This document shows, in pieces, positions 18,300 to 20,000 of a stretch of 20,000 bases of DNA; positions within the stretch are counted from its first letter, which is position 1; every line of letters starts with the position of its first letter. Source of the DNA: an uncultured virus (IMG/VR IMGVR_UViG_3300020047_007813) (lineage: Duplodnaviria; Heunggongvirae; Uroviricota; Caudoviricetes). The position numbers and the translations under genes were made by a program. The stretch lies in the IMG/VR virus record IMGVR_UViG_3300020047_007813. The stretch is one strand, 5' to 3'. The notes beneath the pieces were generated by a model. It did not search any database, was not told the origin of the DNA, and was given only the letters and a program-made list of their open reading frames with translations.

Positions 18300-20000
18300 T
18301 TAAGACAATTCGCTATAAAAGTAAATAAATTTTATACTAAACAAGGAAACTTTTTTATTTGACGTGTTTACAAACTTCATTTTTATAGATCTGCCACGCA
18401 TAGGACGGCCATTTATCAATGCATTCAGCGGGTCGGCAAATCTTGGGTCGCGCATATCATTTTTAATGCTTGAATACACACCACCTTGCGTAGTCTTGAA
18501 ATTATATTTGCTCAGCTTACTTTCTTGCCCTTGCGGATAATCTGTTGTTATTGGTGTTGTAATCTCTGTAACGTCCCACTCGGACGAGTTACTGTTATAC
18601 GATACCTCTTTGTAAACTTTATTTTTTTGGAAATCCTTGTTGCCTACTACCGTAATCTCTATGCCATACTGAACTCCATAAAAGTTGTTGTATAGCGGGC
18701 CTTGATTATGCAACCATAGCTCGCCATCTTTAAAGCTAACAACGCTTTGGCGTACACGCCCATAATACTCAGGTATAAAGGAATAAAACTCTGGCCATCT
18801 GTTTTGTGGCGTTTGCTGCTCACCAATACTAAATGCTATTGTTTCTTTTTCGACAAACGCCTCAGATATTACTTTGTGCCCTTTTGAGAACTGAAACGTA
18901 AATGCATACGAAGCGCCAAAGGTTATTACTAACGTGCCTAATGAATATAAAGCACTGGAAGAAGGGGCAAACACCTCTAACTCACCATTGCTGTTTATTG
19001 ATGACGTAAATCCTGTTGCGTTGTTATTGATTATTGTATTCAATATAGCCAATGTATCTCCTGTTCCTGGCTGCAAAAAAGTGCTCCCCAAAACGGTGTT
19101 GCTCGGGTATGCTGTTGCCCGCATAACGGTACTAGACAATACCGCATAGTCATTTATCTTGACTACTGCTTTAGGCTTAATGTCCTCAACTGGCGTAGCG
19201 TCCCCAAATGTATGTATGAGCTTGCCATGGAACAGATCGTATACCGCTGTATTTATGGTGCTGTAGCCTAGCTTTGAACCCTCTGTAGCCTTGCTTTCAA
19301 AGAAGTCGTGCATATAGTAGTCTGATATAGCCACCAATCCATTGCCCGAGCTTCTCCAATAAATACCTAAACTTGCATCCCATCCAAATACGTCACCTTG
19401 ATTATTCATACATACACTCTCAGGGTTTGTGGTACCAAATGAACGCTGATACTCATTGGTTCTTGGTATCACATCTTCACTTATGGCTATCAGCGTTCCA
19501 CCCGAGGCTTCACGCAATATCCCTTTGTTGACGTACATTGACACCTGTATGCTGTTAGCGAAAATAGCCTTTACCAAATCGCTGTTAACAACAATCATTT
19601 TCATTATAAGCCCAAAATCACTTGAAAACTGCTTTTCATTCAATGGCTCATTGCTGCTAAGTCCGTTTGTCTGACTGCCCGATAAGTACCGGTTAGTAAA
19701 CCTTACTACTGAGTCACGAACACTTCTGACAATGCCTATCTCGCCATTGGCGCGACCTACTCCTGAATCCTTACTTACAAAAAAGTCGCTGATGCTTGGG
19801 TCGTCAATAGCTCTAAGCACATTGCCTTCTAAAGAGGCTTGCAATGGGTGGAGGTCTGTTGCCAAAACGCATCCGATTTGCATTTCTCTTGTTCTGTAGT
19901 AGGCATCACCACTTGTAAACGTGCCTGTTGCTGGCGTAACCACTTCTTGTGGGCTATAGCCATACGTTTGGTCCTGCGTTTGTCCTGCATGATACTTTTG
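18300..20000 (-). CDS. Tail stabilisation/muzzle (nozzle) protein, C-terminal part (5'-truncated; frame open to the window end)
   Basis: Frame continues QKYHAGQTQDQTYGYSPQEV beyond 19943. Motifs FGTTNPESV, GNGLVAISDYYMHDFF, RWPEFYSFIPE, SFKDGELWLHN, YNNFYGVQY and LINGRPMRG resemble crAss-like stabilisation proteins as I recall them. Confidence 0.8.
   Translation of the reverse strand, partial: QKYHAGQTQDQTYGYSPQEVVTPATGTFTSGDAYYRTREMQIGCVLATDLHPLQASLEGNVLRAIDDPSISDFFVSKDSGVGRANGEIGIVRSVRDSVVRFTNRYLSGSQTNGLSSNEPLNEKQFSSDFGLIMKMIVVNSDLVKAIFANSIQVSMYVNKGILREASGGTLIAISEDVIPRTNEYQRSFGTTNPESVCMNNQGDVFGWDASLGIYWRSSGNGLVAISDYYMHDFFESKATEGSKLGYSTINTAVYDLFHGKLIHTFGDATPVEDIKPKAVVKINDYAVLSSTVMRATAYPSNTVLGSTFLQPGTGDTLAILNTIINNNATGFTSSINSNGELEVFAPSSSALYSLGTLVITFGASYAFTFQFSKGHKVISEAFVEKETIAFSIGEQQTPQNRWPEFYSFIPEYYGRVRQSVVSFKDGELWLHNQGPLYNNFYGVQYGIEITVVGNKDFQKNKVYKEVSYNSNSSEWDVTEITTPITTDYPQGQESKLSKYNFKTTQGGVYSSIKNDMRDPRFADPLNALINGRPMRGRSIKMKFVNTSNKKVSLFSIKFIYFYSELS

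Larger units (their letters stand above)
1..20000. mobile_element. Tailed phage/prophage structural module, probably a Bacteroidota-infecting podovirus (crAss/Cellulophaga-phage-like)
   Basis: Portal-like, tail-stabilisation-like and ejection-like genes plus a giant DarB-like protein. Nearly fully coding, no host housekeeping genes. Starts lack Shine-Dalgarno motifs and have A-rich leaders, as typical for Bacteroidota. Confidence 0.88.

Noticed and set aside
1..20000. CRISPR arrays, tRNA/rRNA, IS elements, intrinsic terminators
   Set aside because: The window is almost fully coding with gaps of 26 nt or less. No repeat-spacer pattern, transposase or hairpin-U tract was seen by eye.

Overview
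Virion-morphogenesis region of a tailed phage or prophage, most likely a Bacteroidota-infecting podovirus with a crAss/Cellulophaga-phage-like portal and tail-stabilisation protein. On +, a 5'-truncated portal gene (to 1079). It converges on a tightly packed minus-strand operon: tail stabilisation/muzzle protein (partial), 285 aa and 496 aa probable ejection proteins, a 4773 aa polyvalent protein, and a 171 aa small structural protein. The giant protein has an N-terminal tandem repeat, hydrophobic Gly/Ala helices, a zincin HExxH peptidase, an N6-adenine MTase (NIPF), an SNF2-type helicase (GSGKS/DESQ/QRNGR) and an LPD38-like C-terminus. This is a DarB-like MTase-helicase embedded in a probable ejection protein, with no virion RNA polymerase motif seen. 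Main observation: disordered linkers of the giant gene carry same-strand, +1-frame nested ORFs with A-rich leaders. The best is a 79 aa helical protein (10665-10904) directly before the MTase domain. It resembles the DUF1896/TnpV-type small proteins that, as I recall, precede MTase-helicase genes in conjugative elements. All family assignments come from motif recognition by eye, not from database searches.
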